From Lama guanicoe (lineage: Eukaryota), in NCBI GenBank assembly GCA_013239625.1, contig MU053504.1, positions 1,490,001 through 1,554,000 of the forward strand: a DNA stretch of 64,000 nucleotides, in the 5' to 3' direction. Shown in pieces: positions 1 to 12,044 of this stretch; the stretch's first letter is position 1, and every line of letters starts with the position of its first letter. Position numbers and translations under genes: made by a program. The notes beneath the pieces were generated by a model. It was not told the DNA's origin. It made no database searches and worked only from the letters and a program-made list of their open reading frames with translations.

Positions 1-281
1 ATTCTACATATGAGCAATCTCATATGTATTTTTCTTTCTCTTTCTGGCTTACTTCACTTAGAATGACATTCTCCATCCATGTTGCATGGTGTTATGTTGT
101 CATTTTTAATGGCTGAATAGTATTCCATTGTATAAATATACCACCTCTTCTTTATCCAGTCATCTGTTGATGGACATTTAGGCTGTTTCCATGTCTTGGC
201 TATTGTAAATAGTGCTGCTATAAACATTGGGGTGCAGGTGTCTTTTTGAAGTAGGGTTCCTTTTGGATATATGCCCAGGAG
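1..281 (-). mobile_element. L1 (LINE-1) 3' fragment, ORF2 C-terminus, running off the window start
   Basis: ORF 54..284(-) reads LLGIYPK...[45 protein letters not shown], the canonical L1 ORF2 C-terminus; closely similar to the L1 at 28120-28420. Confidence 0.92.
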
Positions 282-829
282 CAAAACTTTCTTTGATACA
301 TGAAATGTCAGCCCTTAACACTTCTGAGATGGACAGATGCCTTGTCGCAATTTTTAGAAATGGGTTGAATTTGTTGCTTAATTCTTCTCTCTTATCATTG
401 TGCCTGTACAATGTGAAAAAATTGCAAAAATTTAGTTAAAAATCAGTAAAGGCAGTAGGAAATAACAGTGATTTAAACTGTTTTTGTGGAGAAAAGATGT
501 CAGTTGACATAGGTAGTCACGTAATTTAGTGTTTATCAGAGTGTACTTTCAAAAATACTAACTTGTATTACTTTTGAAAATATCTGTTGCCTACATGGGC
601 TTGTTAAATAGGAGAGTGCTGAAAATGATGATCTCATTGTCACAGGAGTCCCATTTATCATATGGAGTCTTAACTTTGTTTACAAACCTGTAAAGTTTGA
701 AATGAGTGTAAGCGCTGAGTACGGGATAGTCACGACCTGTATGGCTAGCCCACCCTTACCTGTGCTGTGCTGACAGGAAGGGGTAGAGGTGTAAGCCTTG
801 CTGTAGAGGTTATGTTATTTTTGCTCAAA

Positions 830-1050
830 GATATTGAGCCTTCCTATGTACTAGACACTCTGCTAAGTACTTTATGTGTATCAGGTTGTTTAAGTCTGAC
901 AGCCCCATGAGGTAGGTATCATTATTTTAACTCCATCTTACTGATGAGGAAACTAAGACACAGAGAAGTTAGATGACCAAGTTACACAGGTAGTAAGCAG
1001 TGGGGCCAGGACTGGAACCCAGTCTTCTTCTAGGACCTGTGTTAAAGCAT
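830..1050. mobile_element. MIR SINE remnant
   Basis: MIR core-like text: ccccatgaggtaggtatcattatt...ctgatgaggaaactaagacacagagaagttagatgaccaagttacacag. Confidence 0.7.
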
Positions 1051-3384
1051 GGCATTTTTGTTTTTAAGCAGGAAATTAAGTAACGCGTTCTAGCTTCTCT
1101 ACCAGAGTGGCAATATTTTAGGTGCAGACACTTGGTTTTATTTGTATTTGTGCATAGCCTTTTGACAGGACTTAATACATGTTCAAGTAAGTGAATGAAT
1201 GATAAGCAGGTGGCAGACATTAGAGCCTTATCTACAGGATGAGATTCTTTTGCATTGGAAGCACTGTTCTGGAAAAATCCAATTTGGGAAGGCAAGGAGA
1301 GGAAATGGTGACAAGTTCTTATGGGGCTCCAGAATTTTAGCCATTTTTATTCTTAAAACCCAATTTGGGATAATTCTGTTAAATAATTTTGCCCAGCCCT
1401 TTGTCAGGCTGAAAGTGTATTGGCCAATAAAGAGACATAGATCCTGTCCACTCTAATAGAACTTACAGCCAGCAGGGGAGACAGTTGATAACCACAAATG
1501 AGTCTGTATTTGTTTGAGCACAATTGGTGAGGTAAGTCGGAGGTAAAGAAGACTTTCTGAAGGAAACAGTCCCCCCCTCCAGAGGATGAGTAAATGTAGG
1601 TGCAGGGAGTGGGATCAGAGAAAAGCATATACAAAGGTCCTGAGGCAGGAGAGGCAGAGACACTCTCCATGTTTAGGCCAAACAAAGAGAACCATTGCGG
1701 CTGGGGGGCAGGACAAGAGATGAGACAGGTGCTTTTCTCTTAGGAGCCACACCCTGCAGGGCCTTATAGACCACCGTTATTTGAAGAACAATGGAAAGCC
1801 TAAATGAACGGATTGGTGTGATTGGATTTGTGGGATGTGTGTATGTGTTTTAAGTTCCTTCTGGAGACAATGAGGGGATAAGTTGGAAGTGGCAAGAAAG
1901 AATGGAGGCAAGGGAGACTGGTTAGGAGGCTGGTGGAATAGACCAGGGAGAAGTTGATTGTGGCGAGCACTGGACGTGGAGAGAAGGGACCTGTCTGGGA
2001 GATATAAGGGGGTAAAATCGAAGGAGATTGTGCTGGGTTGCACTTTTAAAAGATTACACAAAGAGACATTTAATTGTAAACAATGAAATTATTTTGGCCT
2101 CCCCCGACCAGATCTACTGTTGTGTTCCCAGCCTGCTGAGATGTGCCCCATCTCTCTGACTTCTCAGAAGCCATGTGCTATCAATCCACACCCTCCCTCA
2201 GCCACAGGTTTCTCCAGCTGTTGGTGTCCACCACCCCCTGCGTCATGGTCTCCTGAAATGCTGGCTACATGCAGCTTCCTAGGCCAAATCTACTCTGTTA
2301 TCTGTGGGGTGGGTCCTGGGAATTTGATCTGTGTTTTAACAAGCAACCAGGTGTTTCTTTGCTGCAGGAAAATCTGAAGACTACCACTCTGCATTGTTTT
2401 CCACCATCCCTACCCCTAAAGGCTCCCTATCAGATCTCAAGGACTGTACTCAAGTCACTCCATCCTAACAAAAAATAATCGTCCCTGTTCAAGAAACAAA
2501 TCAGTCCCTCCTCGTCAGCCCATCTTTTGCTCCCCTACCCCAAAGGTCTGAAAACTGCCATCTACACTTACTTCCACTTTCCCTCTTCCCACCCACCACT
2601 CACTCTGGTCTGATCACCCTGTTCTCAGTGACATCCTGCTTCTACAGTGGGCACAGCTCAGGCCTCATGTGAACTTGACTGTCTGGAGCATTGGATAGAG
2701 GTGACCTCCCTTCTTTCTTGGGATTTGTATTTAACCCTTTAACTATAAAAATTTCAAATGTACAGCAAAGGAGGAATAGCAGAATGAACACCCACAGCCA
2801 TCATTTAGGCTTAAAAATTGTCATCGTGTTGCAGTACATTTGCTTTAACTATTTTGTAGGTTAAGGGCTATTAGAAGAAGGTCCAGTATACATAAATGTA
2901 CAGAAAGTAATGCAGTGGACATCCCTGTGCTTAACACGCAGCTTCAGCAAGTGTCAGCAGCTTGCTGTTCATTCTCTTTTCATTTTCCCTTCATCCTCCT
3001 CCCCCCACAACACACACATACTTTTTGAGACCATTTAAAGACAAACACAGATGTATCTTTTCAATCAAATACATTTTCTGCTATAGTTTAAAATAAATTA
3101 CTCACATAACTTCACTGTGCATTACTTTGGAAAAAAAAATGACAGTTGCCTGTAAAACTGCAGTAGTCTTTCCCACCAAACAAAATTAACATTTGATATC
3201 TAACAACCAGTTCTTACTCAGACTTCTCCAGTTGTCTTCAGTATCTTTTTATCACTGGTTTATTCAAATCTAGACTCAGATAAGAATTATTCATTTGCTT
3301 CTCTTAATTAAGTCTTAGTTAAGCCTCTTGTAAACTTGAACATTGCCATCTCCACTCTTCACTTCTACCTCTTGTTTTCATGAC

Positions 3385-3917
3385 AAATTGGAAGGGGAGT
3401 GCCCTCTGCAAGCTGGGGTTCTGACCTCACTAGAGAAAATTTAGTTGTAGCCCACTGGGTGGTGGTTTGCTTGGCCCAGAGCTGTTCCACAGTCACTGGG
3501 CAAGCAGGACGCAGGCATCTCAGGCCCAGATAGGGCACAGGGGAGCCAGAGCTGGGGGCCAGGTTCAGGGAGTTGCACAGGGAATAGGAGCATCACTGTG
3601 AGCAGGAGACCCGGAGCACGTAGTGTCTATGTGGAGAGAGGTTCAGGAAGGTGGACGCCAGTCCAGGCCAAGGCTGTGCGGTCACCGAGGGATAGTGTGT
3701 TCTGGGCGCATGGTTGGTGCAATGTCACCAGATGTCCTCATAACCCACACTGCTGACTGATCCTGTAGATGCTGCAAACAGCCAGAGGGCCCCTGCCTCC
3801 TGCAGTGTCTCTGTACTACAGCGCCCTCTACCGAGAAGCTTAGCATCTGGCTCGCTGTGGAGCACGTATTAAAGGGTGAATTTGGAACTGGGAAGCAATA
3901 CATTGATAACTGACGTG
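3385..3917 (-). mobile_element. 3' LTR of a degraded ERVL-class provirus (partly truncated)
   Basis: Aligns by eye to 6209-6810 (e.g. tggaaggggagtgccctctgcaagctggggtt vs tggaaggggggcccttctccaggctggggtt; gttgtagcccactgg vs gttgcagcccactgg); PPT-like agccaaagggtggac on - strand adjoins it at ~3918-3933. Confidence 0.7.
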
Positions 3918-6060
3918 GTCCACCCTTTGGCTGCTCGGCTTCCATATGCGTCCTCCACACACTTTTGAACTCCTTCACAACAACCAAACAACTCTGTATT
4001 TCTGCTCAACAAGATACTACCATCCTTCTTACAAATAAACTACTCTTTCCCAAAATGAGAAAACACAGTCTTTGCACTGATCACTGTATTAATTACCCCT
4101 CAAACTGAATTACAGTCCCACTGAATATTTTGTCACCTAAAAATTTAAATTTGTGTATAAAATAAAAACGGGAAGACGAGAAGACAGTGGCTAGTACATA
4201 CATAGAAACACAAGCATACAAGCACAGAGAAAATACGCAGAGTGCCTGCAGTCACTTTGTAATTGGTCACCAGCTCATAGTTGATATCTTTGACTTCCTT
4301 CTTCAGCTGCCCATCCCATATTTCCCTTACCCTCAGCCAGAACCTCCAGTGCTCTGGGTTTTTTACATAATGAAGTGACCCAAACCTTCATTTCTCAGTC
4401 ATTTAAAAATTTTTTGGTTGCTGATGTTTTTCATTAATCTTTACTGTTAGACATGGAAGTCCTTAGAGGTGTCCTAGATGGTCTCCTGGGTTTCAGAGAT
4501 AGTCCTCCTTGCCTCCATTGTGTAGCAGCAACTTGAATTCCCCTTGGCAATCAGGATAATCACTTCAGTCAGTAAATTAACCCCATTTTCTTGCCTGCTG
4601 GTTCCATCGTATAAGGAGCCCAGAATGGCAAGGTGGAGCTCTTATCTTCTGAGTCAGTGAATCCATCGGGTCCCCTGGTGGAAACATTCTCCCCTTAGGG
4701 ACTAATAAGCTCTCCAAACCAAAAGATCTCAAAGTTGCTGGAACTGGAAGCAACATTTTAATAAGAGAATCATTGGGTGTAATAGTGAGAGCACCCACTC
4801 CCACTTCCACTTGTTAATTCCAGGTTCCGTGTATTCTGACTGTGGAGGTGATAACACCATGTCATGGTCTCTGATACAAAGCATAAGCTTGCATCCTATA
4901 AGACAGTGCCTCATACTTTTAGAATATTGTCTCCCAGTTGGTGCTGTAACTGAGTCGTCATTAAATTTAGGACAGCCACTTCTGGGTAATGGGGTATAGG
5001 GTAAGACTAGTTGATTCCTTGGATGTGAGTCCACTGCTGTACTTAAATTTGCTGTGCAGTGAGATGCTTGATTAGATGCACGGCTTTGCAGGGTGCTATC
5101 GCGGTAGACAAGACATTCTGTAAGTGCACAGATGGTGGATGCTAGCAAAGGCATTACAGGGAAGGAAGACACATCCACACCCAGAATTTGTGAGGACAGC
5201 TCTTTGCCCATGATGGAAGAGGTCCAGTGTAATCAGCTTGTAGACTGGTACCCCTGGGAATGATGCCATACTGGGGCCATGTGCTCGTCTCTGCTATTGG
5301 CAGATTAACCACTCAGCAGTAGTGTTAGCCAGGTGAGCCTTGGAGAGGGAGGTTCCCAAGACATCTACCTCAAGTGAAGTCATCACAGGGTTTTCAGGCA
5401 CAGGAAAGCTAGTCTCATGAGACACAAAAGGGCAAGCTACTTCCAGTGGTGAGGAAGACACAGAATGACTTGGGGGTTCAAAACTGTCATTCTCATCTGA
5501 GTCTAAACAGATATCCCCCTTCCAAGTTTCAGAATCCCTTTCTTTCCTAATTAGTACCCTGACTTTTACATGAGAAATGGTGTACTGGGGAATTGAGCTG
5601 TCAGTTTAACAACCCACACAGCTAAACTCTGCCTTTGATTTTCAGAATTAGCAGCTGTGTCACTGCAAGAACTAAGAGACTTTTATGCTGTCACAGGAGC
5701 TTTCTGCTTCTCAGACCATGATTGGAGCTGAAAGTTCATGGACCTAAGCTTGTCATTTTCTCTTTGTAAATGTTCAGGTGCACTCAAAATAACCCTTCTA
5801 CACCATAGCCTGTATAATCATCATTACTGCCATATGGTCAAGCACAGAGGTCACTCCCAAAGGACATATTTGACTTGGTGTTTCACCACAGTGAACTGCA
5901 GGCTTGATTAGTTGTGATGCTTCTGCAAGCAGTGGGCTACTAGCATCCATTTCCCATTGCAGAGAACTCAGCACTGCACTCAGGCCCAAGCATGTGACCA
6001 AACAAATCCCCAAATCCCATCTTTAGAGTTTTGTCTCCTGGGACCACTCCCTGCGCCAGT
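3918..6060 (-). mobile_element. ERVL-class internal region with integrase and dUTPase-like remnants
   Basis: ORF 4729..5211(-) has ...ALTECLVYRDSTLQSRASNQASHCTA, resembling ERVL integrase (GLTECLIHRHGIPHSIASDQGTHFTA); ORF 4577..4810(-) has LTITPND...LPVPATL...LVPKGRMFPPGD, resembling the ERVL post-integrase/dUTPase region; PBS-like actggcgcagggagtggt at the 6060 junction. Confidence 0.75.
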
Positions 6061-6850
6061 TAGTCTGGGTCCATTCGGGAGACTTAAACCAGGAAAGTTT
6101 AATAAATATAAGGAATTATTAAACTGTGACAAAAGAGTAACTGTGAGATATAGGAAAACTTAGACAGTGACCTAGGGCTAAGGGAGAGTACCCCGAGAAA
6201 GCTAAACTTGGAAGGGGGGCCCTTCTCCAGGCTGGGGTTTAGACCGTGAGACGATACAGTTGCAGCCCACTGGATGGCAGTGAAGCTCACTGGTTTCCCC
6301 AGAGCCAGAGTTGGTCCATAGTTGCTGGGCAAGTAAGACGCAACCCTCTGGGACTCAGTGGGTAGGAGGACACAGGCAGTCTGCAGCTGGTGGCCAGTCG
6401 TGTGGGTGTGCAGGGGCAGTCACGGAGCTGATGCAGGCAGCCTGGAGCACTCAGTGACTGAGTGCATGGTTGTGCAGAGGGGTCAGTGGAAACACTCAAG
6501 GGCACAGGCAGGGTAGCCAGCAGCCAGGCATCTCGTCATGCTAAGGAGGTAGGGCCTGGCGTGGTGGCGTGGGCAGGAGGTCAGGAACATCGTGCCTGTC
6601 CAAGGAGTCGTGAGAAGGTGATCACCAGTCCGGGCCAGCCTTGGAGGTTGCTGCATGGCTGGGTCAGAGCAACACCAAATGTTCTCACACCCTGGCGCAG
6701 GCTGCCTGCCCTGCTGCAAAGCAGCGGGAGAGCCCCTTCCTTGTGCTCTCCAGCACCCTCTATTGAGAAGGCTTAGCCTCCTCACTGTGAAGGAGTAATG
6801 CTTAAAAGAACAGTTATCCCCAGAACACGTATGGAAGGATGAATATCTAT
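6061..6850 (-). mobile_element. 5' LTR of the same ERVL-class provirus
   Basis: Direct-repeat homology with 3385-3917, including the cagcRccctctaYYgagaag block. Confidence 0.7.
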
Positions 6851-7099
6851 TTCCCCATCAAATTTCATCTAAGGATTTTAGTAACAGAATGTCAAAAAAA
6901 TGCAAATGGGGTTAAAAAGTTCAAATACTGCAAAAGTATATAGCCTACATATTGTGAGTCTCCATGTTTCCCAGCCTCATTTGCCACCCTCCCTGAAGGT
7001 AACCAGTGTCTCTGGCCTAGTGTGGAGGCCTGTGGGAGTTTTTCTATATATTTACACACATACATGTGATTATATGTAAATATGCTTGTCAAAAATATT

Positions 7100-9400
7100 T
7101 GCTCAGTTTTTATTGCATAAATGGATTCATATGGTTCTTAATGAGCTGCAGCTTCCTTTTTTTTTTTTACTTAACAATGTATTTTAGCGATCACTTCATG
7201 TCAGTATACACAGTCACCTTGTTAATAGTCGCATAATATTCCCCAGAATGGGCATAGAATAGTTTATTTAACCAGTCTGATTTTGTTTTTGATTTTTTTT
7301 AAATATGGAACGCTTCACGAATTTGCGTGTCATCCTTGCGCAGGGGCCATGCTAATCTTCTCTGTATCATTCCAATTTTAGTATATGTGCTGCCGAAGCG
7401 AGCACCACCAGTCTGATTTTGAAGGAGTTTTTTTAAACTATTTTAAACAGTGTTGCAGTGAATTCATACCTTTGAGTACTTGTGCAAGTAGTCTTATAGG
7501 TTAGACCCTTGGAAGGAAATTGCTAAGTTAGAGGGGGTACGCACTTACCAGTTGGATAGTGTTTCATTTTCTGTAAGGGCTGAACCATTTTATACTCCCA
7601 GGAATGTGTAGGGAAGTGTTCATTTTCCCACATCTTCAACAATATTATATGTTATTTATTAGCCTCTTAATTTTTGCCATTCAGATGGCCAAAACATGGA
7701 AATAAATTTAAAATTCATTTTTACCTAGTCATTAGTATGTCTGTTCATATCTTTGACTATTTTTCTATTGTGTTGTTTCTACTAATTTGTGAAGAAACTC
7801 TTTATATGTTCTCCATGTTAACCCTTTGTTACAAATGTGACACATCTTACAGTGGTCATTTGACTTTTATGTATTAATTTTTAATGTACATATTTTAACT
7901 TTTTACGTAATAAAATCTATCTGTCTTTTCCTTTGTAATTCTGGGTTTTGTGTCTTGCTCTGAAAGACTTTTCTGTAGTTTACATAATGAAAATGTTAGC
8001 TTACATTTTTCTCAAGTTTTTTTATGTTTAGTTTTAAAATATTTTCACATAAAGTGGTGTATTATTAGCCCTTGGCCATTTTTCTTTTAGTTTTATTTTC
8101 ACTTTTTACAATTAATTAAAGCCTTTTGTATTTTTAAGAACAGTATTCCTTTTTCATGTGTTACTTTTTTTCCCTTTTTGTAGTTTGTCTTACTACTTTG
8201 CTTTTGATGGACTTTTTAAATTTTAACTATTTTAATAAATAACCATTAATGTGGTTTAAAAACTCAGTTTCATTCCCATCTCTACCCCTCTTCAACTGAT
8301 TCCACCCCTCACCTGCAAGTAACCATTGTTAATTAGATTCTTAGAAATTTTTCCAGTTTCTTTTTTTAAATAGAAGCAAATGTAAATATATACTTTTTAA
8401 CCCCTCTTATATAGAAGTACACAGAAGTTCTTAAGTTTTATTTAGACTCATTTGTTAGTCTTTTTCTTAGTGACTTCTAGGTTTTATATCATATTTAGAA
8501 ATTGTTTCTACTTTATAAAAATAAGCAAGATTTGTTCTGATGTGGGTTTATTTTTGTTAACATTTAAATCTTGAATTCCATCTGGAAAATATTTTATTGC
8601 AGAGATTAAATAATGAAGTAGTATTTATTGGGGTTCTTCCCATATGGCCCATTGTCTCATTTCACGTATCAGTTCGCACCAATTTGAAATGCTGTCTTTT
8701 TTACATACTCTATTCCCAGATATTTTTCTGGATTCTCTTCTGTTCCATTGATCTGTTTACTTACTCCTGTGCCAAAAGGAGTTTTAATTAACTTTAGTTT
8801 TTAAGTGTATTTAATTTCTGATATATATCTGTTCTCACATTTTCAAATATTCTTACGTATTATCCAGTATTTTCTCTCTCAGATGATCTTTTTTTCCCCA
8901 CCGATGAACTATAGAATCAGTTTGTGCTTTCCTCCCCACCCAGAAATTGGGGTGATTTTTATTGGAATTCTTGCGCACTTATAGATCATTTTGGAATATT
9001 TTTCCATGTTTTCTATATCCTTAAGTAAGCTTTGATGTGATTTTACAAAAAAATTTTTAGTAGGTCTGTCCTTGGGTACCTTATAGTTTTATTGCTATCA
9101 TGATTAGAATCTTTTTAAAGTTATGTTTCTAATTAGTTCTCACTAGCCTATAGAAAACTAACTGGTATAGAAAATATATTGATTTTTGTTGATCACTTTC
9201 TGAGCTCTTTAGTCATTGTTCCATAGACTGCTTTGGATTTTCTAAGTACACAACCTCATTATTTGTAAACAGTAGCAATCTCACTACTTCTCCAAAATGG
9301 AAACTTCTCTTTATTTTTTTTCTTAAATTATGTTGACTAGAGCTCCAAGAAGGATATCAATAGAAGGTGATGATGGGTCTCTTCCTGATCTTCAGTGGGA
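7100..9400 (-). mobile_element. Old, fragmented L1 (L1M-type), interrupted by the U6 retrocopy
   Basis: T-rich antisense-L1 phrases (ctgttccattgatctgttt, tagaatcagtttgt, tattgatttttgt, ggattttctaagtacacaa). Confidence 0.55.
7301..7405 (-). pseudogene. RNU6: U6 snRNA retropseudogene, full length
   Basis: Reverse complement matches U6 (GTGCTCGCTTCGGCAGCACATATAC...GCGTTCCATATTT) except C37T at 7369; A-rich tail 7286-7300; 15-bp target-site duplication accagtctgattttg at 7271-7285 and 7407-7421. Confidence 0.96.
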
Positions 9401-10176
9401 AGGCTCCTGAAATGATACTAGCTGAAACACCCTCCTTCTCGAATGTTGTCTTCTCTTGTTGACCTGGATTAGTGCCCACTCCTTCGCTGTCCCCTTTTCC
9501 CCACCTTCAACCATCAAGTGGTGGCATTCCTCAAGCCTCCTACTCCGTCTTCTCATGCAGCACACACTCTGGTGATCCACACCCATCTCAGATTGCGGTC
9601 GTCTCGTGCCACTTTGTAATTTCAGTTGCCTCCTGTAAGCCAAGCATTCACAGGTTGGTATCTCCAACCCAGGACTCTACCCAGCTCTGGACTCACTAAA
9701 GAGCTCCTCTTTGCTTTCTTTCAGGCATTGCTCCCTCAGTACCTCTAAAACTGAGTTCAGTATCAACAAGCATTGAAGTGGACGCCTGGGTATAAAGCCC
9801 AGGGGTCAGATTCAGTGTTAAGAACCAGAAATAGAAGAAAGGCTCCCTAACCTGAGAGGCCCTCCTGAAGAGTCTTATTTCCTGCTAATGCAGGCGCCAG
9901 CTGGCCGCCCCCGCCTAGTCCCACCTCAGTCTGCGTCCTGGCTTATTGGCCGTACAGCCTGCCCTGCGGCATCCTCTGCTCCCTTACCTGCTGTCCCTAA
10001 GCACGCGTGTGGTCAGTTAGCCTATATGTTTCCAGTCACCCCCCTCTCCCTGCCCATGGGGGTCCTCCTCAACTTTCCTGTGGAAGACGAATGGAAGCTT
10101 TAGGGGCTCCTCTGTGGCTCACCCCATCTGAGCGCAGGGTCATGAGACTAACCTCTGCTCGCCTCTGTGTGGGCAG

Positions 10177-10265
10177 GAAGTATGAGCTGTACAGCATGGA
10201 CTGGGACCTACAGGAGGAGCTGAGGGACTGCCTGGTGGCTGCTGCGTCCTATGGGGGCCCCATTG
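10177..10265 (+). CDS. VPS16: VPS16 (HOPS/CORVET core subunit) coding exon 2; exon 1 lies upstream of the window
   Basis: cag|G AAG TAT...ATT G|gtaag; encodes (R)[29 protein letters not shown]; 89 nt. Confidence 0.96.
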
Positions 10266-10543
10266 GTAAGTCGCCCACTGCCGTCTCATGCTCTGGGACC
10301 ACGGCGAGAACTCAGAGTCCTTGATTGCTGGTGGTCTCTCTGTTGGGTGGTTCTTGCTGGCATGTGCTACCCACCCCCACCCACCCTACTGAGATGCTTT
10401 TAGTTCTGGTTCTCCTGAGGCCTGCTGCACATGGGGTGGGCCTAAGGAGCTAGTTGTGAACTAGTTAAGCAGGCTACCTAAGGCCTGCCTCACACAGAGT
10501 GGGCCCGGGCAGCTAGGGCAGAAGGTTCCTTCTCAAACTGCAG

Positions 10544-10641
10544 CACTGCTGAGGAACCCCTGGAAGAAGGAGAAGGCTGCCAGCATAAGGCCGGTTCTCG
10601 AGATCTACTCAGCTTCCGGTGTGCCTCTGGCCAGTCTGCTG
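10544..10641 (+). CDS. VPS16: VPS16 exon 3
   Basis: cag|...|gtaag; ALLRNPWKKEKAASIRPVLEIYSASGVPLASLL; 98 nt. Confidence 0.95.
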
Positions 10642-10717
10642 GTAAGCACCCTGCCCTGGGGCTGGGGCCAGGGGTTCACCCTGAGGATGGCCTCAGGAAC
10701 CTCCCTCTTCTCTGCAG

Positions 10718-10846
10718 TGGAAGAGTGGGCCCGTGGTGTCACTGGGCTGGTCGGCCGAGGAGGAGCTGCTCTGCGTTCAGGAAGATGGTGTGGTGCTGGT
10801 TTATGGTCTCCATGGTGACTTCCGGAGACACTTCAGCATGGGCAAC
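10718..10846 (+). CDS. VPS16: VPS16 exon 4
   Basis: cag|...|gtagg; [43 protein letters not shown]; 129 nt. Confidence 0.95.
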
Positions 10847-10925
10847 GTAGGGGCCCGAGGGGCTGGGGAAGAGGGATGGAGTCTGGGGCTCTGAGTCTCC
10901 CTTAACCTACGGCCCCTCTCTCCAG

Positions 10926-11070
10926 GAGGTGCTCCAGAACCGGGTCCTAGATGCCCGGATCTTCCATACTGAGTTTGGTTCTGGGGTGGCCATCCTCACA
11001 GGGGCCCACCGCTTCACCCTCAGTGCCAACGTGGGGGACCTCAAACTCCGCCGGATGCCAGAGGTGCCAG
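10926..11070 (+). CDS. VPS16: VPS16 exon 5
   Basis: cag|...|gtgag; [48 protein letters not shown]; 145 nt. Confidence 0.96.
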
Positions 11071-11165
11071 GTGAGCCCACAAATGTGCCTCCAGACCATG
11101 GGACCATCAGAGGCAGAAGCTGTGGGCCTTGGTCACCCTGTGGTTGTCCTGTTCCCTGGCTGCAG

Positions 11166-11281
11166 GTCTGCAGAGTGCACCGTCATGCTGGACCACGCTG
11201 TGCCAGGACCGAGTGGCACACATTCTTCTGGCTGTAGGACCTGATCTTTACCTCCTGGACCACGCAGCCTGCTCTGCAGTG
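11166..11281 (+). CDS. VPS16: VPS16 exon 6
   Basis: cag|...|gtgag; [39 protein letters not shown]; 116 nt. Confidence 0.95.
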
Positions 11282-11381
11282 GTGAGGGGTCTTGCGTGGG
11301 AGTGAAATGGAGGGACTGGGGGAGGCAGTGGGGAGGTTCTGAGAAGTCAGTATCTCTGGTGTCCTCCCTTCCCTGCCCCAG

Positions 11382-11504
11382 ACCCTCCCTGGCCTGGCCC
11401 CAGGAGTGAGCAGCTTCCTGCAGATGGCTGTCTCCTTCACCTACCGACACCTGGCACTCTTCACAGACACAGGCTACATCTGGATGGGGACAGCATCACT
11501 CAAG
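11382..11504 (+). CDS. VPS16: VPS16 exon 7
   Basis: cag|...|gtgtg; [41 protein letters not shown]; 123 nt. Confidence 0.95.
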
Positions 11505-11634
11505 GTGTGATCCTGGGACAATACAGGGGCACCATGCCTTGTCCAGGAAAGATCTGTTGGGGGTAGGGGAAGGGCTTTTCAACCAAACTGGCGACTGCTG
11601 GGACATGGCTATGACATTCCCTGCACCCTTTCAG

Positions 11635-11690
11635 GAGAAGCTGTGTGAGTTCAACTGCAACATCCGGGCCCCCCCGAAGCAGATGGTCTG
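11635..11690 (+). CDS. VPS16: VPS16 exon 8
   Basis: cag|...|gtgag; [18 protein letters not shown](W); 56 nt. Confidence 0.95.
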
Positions 11691-12007
11691 GTGAGGATGG
11701 GGGTGTTATGCTAGGGGTGGAAGTGGATGTAGCCTTGTCTCCTGGGACATGTTGATTCAGCCTGTCTACTGACCAAGCCAAGTGAGCTTATCTTCTCTGC
11801 CAGTGCACATTTGAGGGAAACCCCAACCCACTGTGGGCCCCAGATGCCCCTGGTTGCTGACAGCACAGGGTGAGAGGGAAGCAGACAGATCAGCCAGAGG
11901 AATGGGATAAGGGACAGCAAGCATGTGCAGGGCTAGACCCAGGCAAAGTGATGTGGGAGACATGGCTGTGGGCCAGGCATCCTGTGCGTGTCCCAGACAT
12001 TTATGTT

Positions 12008-12044
12008 TGTGTGTGTGTGTGTGTGTGTATGCGCGCGCGTGTGC
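12008..12044 (+). repeat. (TG)10-TA-TG-(CG)4-(TG)2 alternating purine/pyrimidine microsatellite
   Basis: Directly visible; ends 12 nt before exon 9. Confidence 0.95.

Noticed and set aside
547..579. Imperfect inverted repeat tttcaaaa-atac...gtat-ta-cttttgaaa
   Set aside because: Short, AT-rich and probably within a decayed DNA-transposon fragment; no support for a structured RNA
7301..7405. Functional U6 gene
   Set aside because: A-tail and TSD show retrotransposition; upstream DNA is old L1 with no recognisable PSE/TATA, which U6 needs
10899..10906. CCCTTAAC U12-like branch site in intron 4 (third minor intron or converted relic)
   Set aside because: The donor is GTAGGG and a normal pyrimidine tract follows; the motif also fits an ordinary U2 branch point
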